From positions 61,771 through 125,770 of the forward strand of contig JACJZG010000007.1 of the NCBI GenBank assembly GCA_020635715.1: a stretch of 64,000 bases of DNA, written 5' to 3'. Shown here in pieces: positions 9,693-20,291 of this stretch (positions are counted from its first letter, which is position 1; each line of letters starts with the position of its first letter). This DNA is from Flavobacteriales bacterium (GTDB lineage: Bacteria; Bacteroidota; Bacteroidia; Flavobacteriales_F; PHOS-HE28). Under the pieces are notes generated by a model. The model was not told the DNA's origin and did no database searches. It saw only the letters and a list, made by a program, of their open reading frames with translations. The translations under genes were made by a program, and so were the position numbers.

Positions 9693-11543
9693 CTACCCGT
9701 TCATACTCACCAGGAACTCCTCATTGCTCTTCGTTCCTTCCATGTGCTTCTTCACGAACTCCATGGCTTCCACGCTGTTCATGTCGGCCAGGTGCTTGCG
9801 CAGGATCCAGGTGCGTTGGAGCACATCCTTGTGATGCAGGAGATCATCGCGACGGGTGCCGCTGCTGAGGATGTCGATGGCAGGGAAGATGCGGCGGTTG
9901 CTGATCTTCCGGTCGAGCTGCAGTTCCATGTTGCCCGTTCCCTTGAACTCCTCGAAGATCACCTCGTCCATCTTGCTGCCCGTATCCACGAGGGCCGTGG
10001 CCAGGATGGTGAGCGATCCACCGTTCTCGATCTTCCGAGCCGCACCGAAGAACCGCTTCGGTTTCTGCAGGGCGTTGGCGTCCACACCACCGCTGAGGAT
10101 CTTGCCGCTCGCAGGCTGCACGGTGTTGTAGGCGCGCGCCAGACGCGTGATGCTGTCCAGCAGGATCACCACGTCGTGCCCGCACTCGGTGAGGGCCTTC
10201 GCCTTCTCCAAGACGATGCCGGCCACCTGTACGTGCCGTGATGCGGGCTCGTCGAAGGTGCTGGCGATGACCTCCGCGTTCACGCTGCGGGCCATGTCCG
10301 TCACTTCCTCCGGACGTTCATCGATCAGTAGGACGATCAGGTAGACCTCCGGGTGGTTGGCAGCGATCGCGTTGGCCACGTCCTTCAAGAGCACGGTCTT
10401 ACCGGTCTTCGGCTGTGCCACGATCAGGCCGCGCTGTCCCTTGCCGATGGGGGAGAAGAGGTCCAGCACCCGCATGCTGATGTTGGTGTCCTTGCCCGCC
10501 AGGTTGAACTTCTCGTCCGGGAAGAGCGGTGTGAGGAACTTGAAGGGCACCCGGTCACGCACCCATTCCGGATCACGGCCGTTGATCACATCCACCTTCA
10601 CCAACGGGAAGTACTTGTCGCCTTCGCGCGGCGGGCGCACATAGCCGTGCACGGTGTCGCCGAGCTTCAGGCCATACTGTTTGATCTGCTGCTGGCTCAC
10701 GAACACATCATCCGGCGAGGCCAGGTAGTTGTAATCGCTGCTGCGCAGGAAGCCATAACCCTCGGGCATCACCTCCAGCACGCCCTCGGTCTCCACGAAG
10801 GCATCGAAGCTCAGCTGTTCGCGCTGCTGCTGTTGCTGCTGGCGTTGGTCGTTCCGCTGGTCGTTGCGTTGCTGGTCGCGCTGTTGATCGCGGTCCTGCC
10901 GCTCGTTCCGCTGGTCCTGGTTGCGGTCGTTGCGCTGATCGCGGCGGTCGTTCTGGTGGCGCTCGCGACGGTCGTTGTCATGGCGTTGGTCACGCTCATT
11001 GCGTTGGTCACGGTCGTTGCGTTGATCGCGATCCTGGCGCTGACCGCGGTCATGCCGCTGGTCCTGGGGCCGGTCATCCCGTTGCTGATCGCGGTTCCGG
11101 TTCTGATCGGCAGGGATGCGTTCGCGACGGCCACGTTCCTGCTGGCGATCACCTCTCTGTGCGGGCTGTTCAGCTGCTGCGGGAGTGCTCGGCTTCTCCG
11201 GCTCGGCGCCGTTCTCCTCCTCCTCTTCGTCGTCATCCTCCTCACCGTTCTCGTCATCCTCGTCCAGGTCATCGTCATCCTCGTCCTCATCCGGTGCTGG
11301 TGGCTCGGGGTCTTCCACGGGAACCACCTCATCGGACGTGGCCAGTGCGGTCAACGCGGCATCATCACCCACGAAGTCCGGGCCGATGGACTTGGGCTTG
11401 TCACCCTTGGCGCCCTGTGCCTCGAGGATCTTGGTGATCAGGTCGACCTTCTTCAGGGACTCGGCCTTCTTCAGTTTCAGCTCGCGGGCGATCTCCTTCA
11501 ATTCGGAGAGCTTCATGCCGCTGAGTGCGGTCTGGTCGTACAT
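9693..11543 (-). CDS. rho: transcription termination factor Rho with long low-complexity (R/D/Q/N/E-rich) N-terminal insertion domain
   Basis: 616 aa; C-terminal ~420 aa is canonical Rho (CSD RNA-binding, Walker [18 protein letters not shown] loops); N-terminal [12 protein letters not shown]… followed by an acidic stretch and a (DQRNDR)n-like segment. Confidence 0.9.
   Translation of the reverse strand: MYDQTALSGMKLSELKEIARELKLKKAESLKKVDLITKILEAQGAKGDKPKSIGPDFVGDDAALTALATSDEVVPVEDPEPPAPDEDEDDDDLDEDDENGEEDDDEEEEENGAEPEKPSTPAAAEQPAQRGDRQQERGRRERIPADQNRNRDQQRDDRPQDQRHDRGQRQDRDQRNDRDQRNERDQRHDNDRRERHQNDRRDQRNDRNQDQRNERQDRDQQRDQQRNDQRNDQRQQQQQQREQLSFDAFVETEGVLEVMPEGYGFLRSSDYNYLASPDDVFVSQQQIKQYGLKLGDTVHGYVRPPREGDKYFPLVKVDVINGRDPEWVRDRVPFKFLTPLFPDEKFNLAGKDTNISMRVLDLFSPIGKGQRGLIVAQPKTGKTVLLKDVANAIAANHPEVYLIVLLIDERPEEVTDMARSVNAEVIASTFDEPASRHVQVAGIVLEKAKALTECGHDVVILLDSITRLARAYNTVQPASGKILSGGVDANALQKPKRFFGAARKIENGGSLTILATALVDTGSKMDEVIFEEFKGTGNMELQLDRKISNRRIFPAIDILSSGTRRDDLLHHKDVLQRTWILRKHLADMNSVEAMEFVKKHMEGTKSNEEFLVSMNG
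10800..11110. repeat. imperfect in-frame DNA repeats inside rho encoding the (Q/R/N/D/E)-rich low-complexity insertion
   Basis: repeated cgctggtcgttgcg / gttgatcgcg units on the plus strand; the antisense 423-aa ORF here is a mirror artefact. Confidence 0.7.
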
Positions 11544-11766
11544 GCGACGATCGGATATGGTTGGGGATGGACCGCTTGGGTCCGGTGGAAAGCCCGTTCG
11601 GGGCTTCAGTGTTCAGAACAGTAGGAAAACGGTTCGAAGGGAGGGGGACCGACCATTGGTCTTCGGGGTGAACCCCGGGTCCCGGCAATGCGGTGCAATA
11701 ATACGGCCTTCCGGTCAAAATGCAAAGTGCCCGGGGTTAGCTTCGCACCCGCTAGAAAGAGCGAAC

Positions 11767-12243
11767 ATGTGGCAGCGTAAACAGACGATCTACCTGGTGC
11801 TGGCGGCACTGATGGCCCTGGCCACCTGGTCCTTCCCAGTGGTGAGTTATGAGCATTCCGGCGAGCCCTTCTTCTTCCGCACCACTGGCTTCTTCAACGC
11901 GGAAGGGACCGAGGTTGTTGATGTGGAAATGAAGCTGCCGTTCAGCATCCTGCTCACGGTGATCGGTGTAGCTCTGTTGGGTTGCATCCTGCTCTACAAG
12001 AACCGTTCTCGACAGATGCGCTTCGTAAGGGGTACCTACATTGTCACGCTCGCAATCATCGCCTTCCTCTTCATCACGGACAACAGTTTGCAGAGCTATC
12101 TCGGCCGCAACGGAGGGCTTGTTTCATCCACCTACGGTGCCGGCTTCTACCTTCCGCTGGGGACGCTCATCCTCTCCTTCCTGGCGGAGCGCGCCATCCG
12201 GGCTGACGAGGCCCTGGTGCGCAGTACGGACCGATTGCGTTAG
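11767..12243 (+). CDS. hypothetical membrane protein (DUF4293-like)
   Basis: 158 aa from the internal ATG (MWQRKQTIYLVLAALMALATW…); 4 TM segments; the upstream extension of the ORF is low-complexity Ser-rich junk antisense to rho. Confidence 0.5.
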   Translation: MWQRKQTIYLVLAALMALATWSFPVVSYEHSGEPFFFRTTGFFNAEGTEVVDVEMKLPFSILLTVIGVALLGCILLYKNRSRQMRFVRGTYIVTLAIIAFLFITDNSLQSYLGRNGGLVSSTYGAGFYLPLGTLILSFLAERAIRADEALVRSTDRLR

Positions 12244-13010
12244 CCCTTCGCCACCGCGGCCTTGAACTTCGCGATCGCCTCGCGGGTGAAGTCGCTCAGC
12301 ACGAGCCGCCCGCTGATCTTGGCCCGTTCGATCAGGAGTTCGTCCCAATCCTCGGTGCCTTTCCACATCACGGCCTTCAGCTCGGCCATGGCCTCGGGGC
12401 TGTAGGCGGCCAGTTCCTTGGTGTGCGCCTCGATCCGGGCATCCAATGCTTCGAGGGTGGGGAAGGTCTCGGCGTACATGCCACGGGCAACGCACCAGTC
12501 CGCCTCACGACGCAGGGCGGGAGAGGCGCTCAACAAGCCGAAGGTGCCGGTGCCCACCTTGCGTTCCACCGCCGGGCCCACCACGAATGGACCGATGCCG
12601 ATGGCAAGCTCGCTCAGGCGCGCGCTGGCCTTCTCGTGCGCGTAGGCGATGTCCACCGCACAGGCCAGGCCGACACCACCACCCACCGTGTGCGCATGGA
12701 TGCGCCCGATCACCAGCACGGGCACCTTGCGGATGGCATTGATCACGTGGGCGAAGCCACTGAAGAACGCCAGGCCGGTCGTCGCGTCATCGATGGAAAC
12801 GAGCTCATCGAAGCTCGCACCGGCGCAGAAGGCCTTCTCCCCATCGCTCCGAAGCACGATCACACGCACCGATGGGTCCTTGCCGCAAGCCGTGATCGCA
12901 TCGGCCATGCCGCGCAGGATGTGCCCGGGCAAACTGTTGCTCTTCGGGTGGTGGAAGGTCACCGTGGCGATCCCGTCCTGGATCCGGTGATTCACGTAGC
13001 CATCGCTCAT
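12240..13010 (-). CDS. enoyl-CoA hydratase/isomerase (crotonase) family protein
   Basis: 256 aa; crotonase fold motifs (…VIVLRSDGEKAFCAGASFDEL…, GGGVGLACAVDIAYA…). Confidence 0.8.
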   Translation of the reverse strand: MSDGYVNHRIQDGIATVTFHHPKSNSLPGHILRGMADAITACGKDPSVRVIVLRSDGEKAFCAGASFDELVSIDDATTGLAFFSGFAHVINAIRKVPVLVIGRIHAHTVGGGVGLACAVDIAYAHEKASARLSELAIGIGPFVVGPAVERKVGTGTFGLLSASPALRREADWCVARGMYAETFPTLEALDARIEAHTKELAAYSPEAMAELKAVMWKGTEDWDELLIERAKISGRLVLSDFTREAIAKFKAAVAKG

Positions 13011-13103
13011 GGTCTGTCGTCGCTTGGGTGGACAAAGTTCGGCCCTGACGGGTGACCGATGTACCTTGTGACGTCAGAAACGTGAACTCGAAAAACCAGA
13101 AGC

Positions 13104-13535
13104 ATGTTCGATCAGATCCTCAAGACCCTTCAGCAACAGGCCGTTCCACAGCTCATGAACCAGTTCGGGCTGGACGAGAAGCAGGCCGGTGGTTCGGTCA
13201 AAGCCGCCGCAGACAGTGTGAAGGAGGCGGTGGCCGGTGACAATGTCTTCGGCCTTGACGATGCGTTGAGCCTCTTCAGCAGCGGTGCCAACTCCAAGGG
13301 CGCCGATGGATTGATGGAGAAGATCGGCGGGTTGTTGCAGAACAAGCTGACCGGGCAGATCGGATTGGAAAGCAGCAAGGCGAGCGGCGTGTCGGGCATG
13401 TTGCTGCCCTTGATCACCGACCTGGTGAGCCGCCATGTGGGTGGGGACGCGAAGAATCTGCAGTCATTACTCGGCGGCGAAGGTCTGGCCGGTGCCGCGA
13501 AGGGCTTGCTGGGGAACCTGTTCAAGCGCGGATAG
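13104..13535 (+). CDS. hypothetical Gly/Leu-rich protein (DUF937-like)
   Basis: 143-aa clean ORF, good codon usage; no recognisable catalytic motif. Confidence 0.4.
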   Translation: MFDQILKTLQQQAVPQLMNQFGLDEKQAGGSVKAAADSVKEAVAGDNVFGLDDALSLFSSGANSKGADGLMEKIGGLLQNKLTGQIGLESSKASGVSGMLLPLITDLVSRHVGGDAKNLQSLLGGEGLAGAAKGLLGNLFKRG

Positions 13536-13640
13536 TCGCAGCGATCATGAACGGCCGCCCGATCCGCGCTGGATCCGGCGGCCGTTCTCATATCCGCGAA
13601 GCTATCTTCCCTGCGGATCAATAATTCCGTTCTCCCATCC

Positions 13641-14726
13641 ATGTCGCGCATTCTTCTGATCGCCTCGGGCCTTGCCGTACTGCTCTCTGCTTGCAATGTG
13701 AACCGGATCGCGGAGAAGCGCGCGCAGCGGGCCTTCGAGGAGACCGGCCTCGAGGCACGCACCTTCACCGATGAGAAAGGGCCGCACTTCGCTTATGCCA
13801 GCAAGGGCCTGGGCAACGGAAGCAAGCCCCGGTTGATGCTGGTGCACGGGATCACGAGCAGTCATGCGATGTGGGCCGGCAACCTGGCGGTGCTCTCGGA
13901 ACACTTCGACCTGATCGTGCCGGACCTCATCGGTCATGGCCGGAGCACCGACCAGTGGAGCGGCTCCAGTGTGGACCGCCAGGTGGAACACCTCGCACTC
14001 CTGCTGGACAGCCTGGGTGTGCGGGAACCGATCCACGTGGTCGGCAACTCGTACGGTGGAGCCATCAGCGCCAACTTCGCGGAGCAGCAGCCGCACCGGA
14101 CACGAACGCTGGTGATCTACGATGGACCGGCCAGTGACTATACGAGCGCCATGGCCGATAGTGTGGCCCGGAGCCGCGGTGCAACGGATATCGCCGACCT
14201 GTTCACCCCGGAGGATCCGGACGAGATGTATCGCCTGCTGGCCACCTCATTGTACGAACCGCCCAAGGTGCCCGGCTTCGCGCGCAAGCAGCTCTTCAGG
14301 AAGTTCAATGCACATCAACCTGTCTACCTCGGATTGTTGAAGGACCTGCTGAAGAACGAGGATCGCTATGCCACCAAGCACTACCTCTGGACCATGCCGG
14401 TGTTTGTGCTCTGGGGCGAGGGCGACCGGTTGATCCCCTTGTCGGTGGGCGAGGGTATCGCGGCACGCAATGGCCTTCCAGCGGATCACCTCATCGTTGT
14501 GCCGAAGGCTGGTCATGTGGCCAGCATCGAACAGAAGGATGTGTTCGAGGGACACCTGCTCCGCATACTGAAGGAGCCCCCCTGTGAGGATCCCACCCGG
14601 AAGAGCGAAGGGCATTGTACGATGGAGTTTGATCCGTTCTGTGGTTGCGATGGCAGGACCTACCCGAACAAGTGTGCCGCCTGGCGTGCCGGGGTGCAGG
14701 TGGTGGCGCGGGGTTCATGCCCTTGA
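13641..14726 (+). CDS. alpha/beta-fold hydrolase lipoprotein with C-terminal Kazal-type (serine-protease-inhibitor-like) domain
   Basis: lipoprotein signal (…LAVLLSAC); HGxxS oxyanion-hole region, nucleophile elbow GNSYGG, catalytic His near C-term of the hydrolase domain; C-terminal Cys-rich module CTMEFDPFCGCDGRTYPNKCAAWRAGVQVVARGSC matches the Kazal pattern. Confidence 0.7.
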   Translation: MSRILLIASGLAVLLSACNVNRIAEKRAQRAFEETGLEARTFTDEKGPHFAYASKGLGNGSKPRLMLVHGITSSHAMWAGNLAVLSEHFDLIVPDLIGHGRSTDQWSGSSVDRQVEHLALLLDSLGVREPIHVVGNSYGGAISANFAEQQPHRTRTLVIYDGPASDYTSAMADSVARSRGATDIADLFTPEDPDEMYRLLATSLYEPPKVPGFARKQLFRKFNAHQPVYLGLLKDLLKNEDRYATKHYLWTMPVFVLWGEGDRLIPLSVGEGIAARNGLPADHLIVVPKAGHVASIEQKDVFEGHLLRILKEPPCEDPTRKSEGHCTMEFDPFCGCDGRTYPNKCAAWRAGVQVVARGSCP

Positions 14727-14952
14727 ACACGATGTGATCAACGATCGATCGTTGGATCCCGCGTCGCGCAAGGAAAGCGCCACGTAGGTCACAAGACGGC
14801 ATTGGTCGGGCGCTCCGAGGTGATCATCTATTCCTTGGAACTCCGGCGGCACACGCACCGTTCTTTGCGGCAGTGATCGGTAAGGCATGGCCGGAACCCC
14901 ATGCTCCCGATCCAGGAACACCACATATCGGCCTGATTCCATCTACCTGCAC

Positions 14953-15435
14953 ATGGAAAGGAAGAACCTGCTCCCGCCCGCGCTGCTGGACCAGCTGCGC
15001 CGCCACCTCTACGAACTGTACTTCATCCATCGACGGCTGCCGGTGGTGTTGCAACGTGCCGTGGTGGCCACGCGCACCCAGCGCTGGGGTGCCTTCTTCC
15101 GCGAGCAGGTGATGGGTGTGCAGGTGCAGCGTGCCGAGCTGGACCGGTTGATCGCAGGCTGGGGAGAACGCCTGCGCCCCTGCGCCTGCGCCGAGGTGGA
15201 CGATCTGCTGAATGAGATACACCACGCATTGGCCGCGCGCCATGAAGAGGCACGGATGGAGGATCGTGTGCACGAAGTGTTCCTGGTGCTGTGCAAGGTG
15301 GTGCTCGCCCGCCTGGAGGAGGGGGTGGATCTGGCGCGTCGGTTGGGCGACAACGACCTTGCCGAGCACCTCACCTCGCTCTTCGCTGGGGAAAGCGACC
15401 GGCAACGCGCCATGCCGGAGATGCGCGCGGCCTGA
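14953..15435 (+). CDS. hypothetical protein
   Basis: 160 aa from the internal Met (MERKNLLPPALL…); helical, Arg/Leu-rich; no motif recognised. Confidence 0.35.
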   Translation: MERKNLLPPALLDQLRRHLYELYFIHRRLPVVLQRAVVATRTQRWGAFFREQVMGVQVQRAELDRLIAGWGERLRPCACAEVDDLLNEIHHALAARHEEARMEDRVHEVFLVLCKVVLARLEEGVDLARRLGDNDLAEHLTSLFAGESDRQRAMPEMRAA

Positions 15436-15463
15436 GGAGGTCAGCGATCGGCTTCACGCACCA

Positions 15464-16192
15464 TCACTCGGTCGATGGGGCTGCGACCACCTTGTAGCGG
15501 ATGGACACATCGGTAAGGACGGCGTCGCTGCCCGCGGTGCGTGCGTCACGCATGGGAGCGAAAGAGGTCCAGGACGTATCGGCCTCCGACGGTCGTGCGG
15601 GCAGGGTGATGTCCGCCGCCAACCAGGTATCGTTCAGGATGTGGAAGCTGGCGACGCGACCAAAGGCGCGGCTACGCAGCGGGGCGATGGCCGTGACCAA
15701 CAGATGATCCGGCTCCTCGCGGAACTGACCACGATCGATCTCCGCATAATGGTTGTCCTTCGGTCCGGCATACACGCTAAGGCGAATGCCATTGGGTTCC
15801 AACGCTTCCGCGGGCAGGCGATGGCGGGGTACGCGCACCTCGAACTTCAGCAGTAGCTCTTGTCCGTTGATCCGCGGCGGGCGGGGCAGTGACACCAGGC
15901 TGAGGCCCGCGATCAACAGCAAGGCCAGTTGGGCCAGGAGGATCGACAAGCCAGCCGCCTTCCAGAACTGGCCCCATTCGGTGGCGTGAACGAGCTTGCT
16001 CCCGAGCAGGCCGAAGAGGAAACCACCAATGAACCCGGCCGGGATCAGCACGAAACCGATGAGCATGCCGCGTCCGCCCTCGAAGTCGCTGACGCCATGC
16101 ATGCGGGTGACCTTGTCCGTGACCGGTGCGGTGATGATGGCCGTGATCACGGCGGTGAGCAGTGCGACGACCAAGGCGACCTTCCAGGACAT
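15464..16192 (-). CDS. hypothetical membrane protein
   Basis: 242 aa; N-terminal TM helix plus Gly-rich TM hairpin (GFIGGFLFGLLGSKL), then extracytoplasmic domain. Confidence 0.45.
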   Translation of the reverse strand: MSWKVALVVALLTAVITAIITAPVTDKVTRMHGVSDFEGGRGMLIGFVLIPAGFIGGFLFGLLGSKLVHATEWGQFWKAAGLSILLAQLALLLIAGLSLVSLPRPPRINGQELLLKFEVRVPRHRLPAEALEPNGIRLSVYAGPKDNHYAEIDRGQFREEPDHLLVTAIAPLRSRAFGRVASFHILNDTWLAADITLPARPSEADTSWTSFAPMRDARTAGSDAVLTDVSIRYKVVAAPSTE

Positions 16193-16284
16193 GGTATGGG
16201 GGTGTGCTGGTGAAGATCGGCATCTTCGGTGAACGGATGCTTGCCGCCACGGATCATCTTTGAACCACCAACCCTCACGGCACC

Positions 16285-17637
16285 ATGGAGCAGGCGCGCG
16301 TCACCATCACCCAGGAAGGACGATCGGGCAGCGTCATTTATGAAGAAGCGGGGCAGCGCATCAGCGGTTGGTGGGAGTTCGGTGGAGGCGATGTGATCAC
16401 CATCGTGAGCATGGGTGATCGTTCCCAATGGGACAAGGACCATCCCTGGGCTGTGGAAAGAAGAGGGGCCATCCTGCGCACGGTCGCCGATGAGGTGATC
16501 CGCCAGAAGGCGTCGGGTTGTACCGCCGAGATCGAAGAGGAGGATGGGTGCATCACGATCCGCCAACGCCGTGGTGTTCCGCCTTCCGCACCCAAGCCCG
16601 CTGGACCCACCGCTTGGTACGGCCGCTATCGGGATCTCAAGATGAAGCTGGCCCTGGCCGTCGGTGCGGTAGCGCTCATCTTCGGGGGCGTGATCTGGTT
16701 GAAGGATACCTTCCTGGTGATCGATCCAGGACCAGGAACACCGCTGGGCGATGCGGTGCGGACCGATGCGCACATCGCCATCCTCCTGCAGACGCTGGAG
16801 GCGTATACACCCTCGCTCCACCGCGACCATTCCAAGGATCGTTACGCCATCAGCGCACTGCTCGTTCCCTTGGATGGCTCGTCCCCGAAGAAGGTCTTGA
16901 TCAAGGAAGGCCTGGAGGGCAACTCCTTCTCACTGGCCGAGCTGCTCGGGAGTGACGGGCGAACGCTCTGGTTCGATGTCAATGGAACGGGTGGAGTGGA
17001 CCTTTCGAGCTACGACGTGGTGCCGGGTGCACCGGGTGATCTCCGCAGGCTGCAAGGCGGTCGTGCGCTTCCGTTCCAACCCCGGATCGAGGCGCAGCTG
17101 GCGGCCGGCTTCTACTTGGATGAAGGCACCTGGCTCGGTTTGCTTTCCGCCATGGAGGTGGAAAAGGAATACGCAGCCGGCAAGTGGGTGCGACCGATCG
17201 CAAGTGTGAACGAGGGCGTGCATCCACGGCGCTTGCATCGGGGCAGGATGGGGAATGAGGCGGCTACGGGAAGCCGTCGGATCAGCGCCATGGACCCCAT
17301 CGGTGCGGAGGAGTTCCTCGGCGCGGCCTTCCTTCGGATGGATGAGCGATCGGAACCGATACGCCTTTCCGATCCAACTGGTGCCTTGATGATCTACACC
17401 TCTGAGCCGGGTATGAAAGGCACCTTGATGCTGGCCCGTGTGGATGCGCGCGGTGAATTGGTGTGGCGCGTGGATACGGCCATTGATCGGTTCAAATTGC
17501 AGCAGATCCTGCCTGGTGAGAAGGTCTCTGCGTTCCTGGGCACACGCCTGCCGGTACCTGGCAAGGTGAGCGAGCCGATCCTGGTGCTTGTGGACCATGC
17601 CAGCGGCAAGGCGGTGACACACTCGCTCTGGCGCTGA
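16285..17637 (+). CDS. hypothetical single-pass membrane protein (cytoplasmic N-domain ~110 aa, one TM, large extracytoplasmic domain)
   Basis: 450-aa clean ORF; TM helix LALAVGAVALIFGGVIWL. Confidence 0.5.
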   Translation: MEQARVTITQEGRSGSVIYEEAGQRISGWWEFGGGDVITIVSMGDRSQWDKDHPWAVERRGAILRTVADEVIRQKASGCTAEIEEEDGCITIRQRRGVPPSAPKPAGPTAWYGRYRDLKMKLALAVGAVALIFGGVIWLKDTFLVIDPGPGTPLGDAVRTDAHIAILLQTLEAYTPSLHRDHSKDRYAISALLVPLDGSSPKKVLIKEGLEGNSFSLAELLGSDGRTLWFDVNGTGGVDLSSYDVVPGAPGDLRRLQGGRALPFQPRIEAQLAAGFYLDEGTWLGLLSAMEVEKEYAAGKWVRPIASVNEGVHPRRLHRGRMGNEAATGSRRISAMDPIGAEEFLGAAFLRMDERSEPIRLSDPTGALMIYTSEPGMKGTLMLARVDARGELVWRVDTAIDRFKLQQILPGEKVSAFLGTRLPVPGKVSEPILVLVDHASGKAVTHSLWR

Positions 17638-17645
17638 GCACCGGC

Positions 17646-17933
17646 TCACACCAGCTGACCGATCACGGCATCGATCCGGTCCTTCAGTGCTTCACACGCC
17701 CTGATCGTATCACCATGCAGTTCATCCCGCGGGGTCAGGGTATTCTCGCGCAATGCATCCACCGCATCGCGCAATTCCGCGCACCGTGGATCGGTCGCGA
17801 TGCCCCGTTCCATCATCCGGTCGATCTCGTCGATCAGGCCGCCATCTACGTGGCCATGGCGCAGTTCCGTCTGCAACATGAGCGTGGTGCGTTGTAATAG
17901 GCGCAGGTCGCGGATGAGTTCGGTATCGGTCAT
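17646..17933 (-). CDS. hypothetical small protein
   Basis: 95-aa ORF in short gap between flanking genes; helical, no motif. Confidence 0.3.
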   Translation of the reverse strand: MTDTELIRDLRLLQRTTLMLQTELRHGHVDGGLIDEIDRMMERGIATDPRCAELRDAVDALRENTLTPRDELHGDTIRACEALKDRIDAVIGQLV

Positions 17934-17984
17934 GATCGCCGCAAAGATGTGCGACCGTATCGGCTTGGCGGATAGGTTCGCGGT

Positions 17985-19223
17985 GTGGAGACATTGATCC
18001 GTGCCTGGCGGTATTACCTCGATTCGTTCCGTGGCTTCGGTCCCGGGATCTGGTTGCTCACGCTCATCACCTTCGTGAACCGCGCGGGGACCATGGTGGT
18101 GCCCTTCCTCAGCCTCTACCTCACCAAGGACATGGGCCTCACCCTGGAGCAGGTGGGATGGATCATGAGCTGCTTCGGTGCGGGTTCCATTGTTGGGTCG
18201 TGGCTGGGGGGGCGGCTCACCGACCGCATCGGCTTCTACGAGGTGATGGTCGGATCGCTGCTCACCTCAGGGCTCGCTTTCCTTGCCTTGCAATACGTGC
18301 GCGGTGCGGTGCCGTTCGGGTTGGCTGTGTTCGGGCTGATGGTCCTGTCCGATGGGTTCAGGCCGGCCATGTTCGTGGCGATCCGGCAATATGCGCGGCC
18401 GGAGAACCGTACGCGTGCGGTCACGCTCATCCGTCTGGCGATCAATCTGGGCTTCAGCCTGGGGCCGGCGATCGGCGGGTTGATCATCACCAGCTGGGGT
18501 TATGCCGGACTGTTCTGGGTGGATGGCATCACCTGTTTGCTGGCGATGGCCATGTTGGTGCGCTGGCTGCCGCGCAAGGAGGCTGGCGCCGGCGAGCCCC
18601 CCGCAGCGCACGCGGCCAAGGCTTCCCCGTACACCGACAGGCCCTACCTCTTCTTCCTTTTCCTGGTGGCGCTCATCAGCATCCCCTTCCTCCAATACTT
18701 CAGCACGGTGCCCTTGTTCTACAGTGCAGTGCACGGCTTGAGCGAGGAATACATCGGGCTGATGCTCGGCGCCAATGGGCTCCTCATCTTCCTGGTGGAG
18801 ATGCCACTGGTGAAGGGGTGCGAAGATGGCCGTGTGCCGCTCTTCCGCATCCTGCGCGGGAGCGTCCTGTTGTTCGTTTTGAGCTTCGTGGTGCTCGTGA
18901 CCGCACCGCACGTGGCCTTGCTCTGGGTAGGTATCGTGTTGATGACCTTCGGGGAGATGCTCAACTTTCCCTTCATGAACCGGTTCGCCTACGAGCGGTC
19001 CGAGCGCGGTGCACCCGGAGCCTACATGGCCTTGTTCACGATGTCCTGGAGCGTGGCGCACATCATCGGCCACACGCTCGGGCTCCACCTTGTGGCCAGC
19101 GTGGGATACACCACCACCTGGTGGTTCTTCACCGCGTTGCTGGTGGTGGCGTTGGGCGGGCTGCTGATCCTCGAAAGGATGATGGGTCCTGCACGATCGG
19201 TGCCGCCAGCGAGCGGGAAGTGA
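17985..19223 (+). CDS. MFS transporter
   Basis: 412 aa; 12 TM helices; MFS signature loop (GRLTDRIGFY) between TM2-3. Confidence 0.8.
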   Translation: METLIRAWRYYLDSFRGFGPGIWLLTLITFVNRAGTMVVPFLSLYLTKDMGLTLEQVGWIMSCFGAGSIVGSWLGGRLTDRIGFYEVMVGSLLTSGLAFLALQYVRGAVPFGLAVFGLMVLSDGFRPAMFVAIRQYARPENRTRAVTLIRLAINLGFSLGPAIGGLIITSWGYAGLFWVDGITCLLAMAMLVRWLPRKEAGAGEPPAAHAAKASPYTDRPYLFFLFLVALISIPFLQYFSTVPLFYSAVHGLSEEYIGLMLGANGLLIFLVEMPLVKGCEDGRVPLFRILRGSVLLFVLSFVVLVTAPHVALLWVGIVLMTFGEMLNFPFMNRFAYERSERGAPGAYMALFTMSWSVAHIIGHTLGLHLVASVGYTTTWWFFTALLVVALGGLLILERMMGPARSVPPASGK

Positions 19224-19228
19224 CCGAC

Positions 19229-19480
19229 CTAGTTCTCGGTGCGGTCGTAAGCCGGCTTCACCCGCAGGATCGTGTTCTCGAGCTTCACACCGTCGAGCTT
19301 GTTAATGGCCTTCACGGCTTCGCGCTCGTTCTTCATCTCCACGAATCCGAAGCCGCGGCTCTCGCCGGTCACGCGATCGGTCACGATGCGTGCCTTGTCA
19401 ACCTGGCCGAAATGGCCGAATAGCAGTTCCAGATGAAGGTCGGTGATGGCATGGGTCAGTCGCCCCACGAATATGTTCAT
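19229..19480 (-). CDS. RNA-binding protein (single RRM domain)
   Basis: RNP2 (MNIFVGRL) and RNP1 (RGFGFVEM) motifs; the start was set at the internal Met, the upstream extension is junk. Confidence 0.8.
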   Translation of the reverse strand: MNIFVGRLTHAITDLHLELLFGHFGQVDKARIVTDRVTGESRGFGFVEMKNEREAVKAINKLDGVKLENTILRVKPAYDRTEN

Positions 19481-20291
19481 GCGTGCAGGGGTTAAGGGTG
19501 ATAAGATGTTAGTCGCGCTGACCGGAGCGGCCGGACCAAATGGCCCCAAGAGCACGTTGAGCAATGTCCGGGCGCAAGTTACGAAATATTTCGGGAAGCC
19601 GCGCCGATCCTCATGTTCCAGATGATGGTGTAATGCGGCGCGCGGATGCGATCACCTGCTCCGTACGATCGCTCAACAACGCGCGGCAGGAGCGAGCATC
19701 ACGTCACTTCCATGCACCGTGGTATCCCTCGTGCACGAAGCGCGCACCATCGAAGCGGAAAAGGCTGCCACTGGAACCACACCACAAGATCCCATTCCGT
19801 GCCTGCGTCATTCCCTGCGATCGGTGCTCACGCGCGTCTCCTCCGCCCAGTGGTGTTGGAATGAGGTGCCATCATGACGAGCCAGGCCCGTGCTCTCATG
19901 TCCAGCGGACCAGCACCGCTCATCGGCGTCTTCGGTAATACTGCTCACCCCATGGCCGCCTTTTCCATCCGCCGGACTGAGAAAGGCCTGACGACCGCAA
20001 GCTTGGTGTGCAACACCCTTGTCCATGGTTCCGGATCAGAGTCCTCAACGGCTGTCGGTGAAGGTGGTGATGACATATTGGGCGATGGGGTCGTCGGTGC
20101 GCACATCCTTCGCGGGATCGTGCTGGGCATGGCACGCGGTGCACAAGGAGGGGGCGATCACCCAGCCCTGTGGATAGGCTTTCATCTCATGCAGCGTAGG
20201 TGCTTGGTGAGCGACCTGGGGAGCCTTCACCCGGGAGGAACGGCCGAACAGATCTGCTCGCCCTGCCCCGGTGGTTCCGGCAAGAGCCGCC

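Noticed and set aside
10353-11624. 423-aa plus-strand ORF antisense to rho with poly-hydrophobic low-complexity sequence
   Set aside because: Mirror-image artefact of the repetitive rho insertion region; rho on the opposite strand has unmistakable homology.
18158-19423. 421-aa plus-strand ORF overlapping the MFS transporter in another frame
   Set aside because: Arg/Gly/Ala-rich wrong-frame product typical of high-GC DNA; the MFS frame has clear transporter features.
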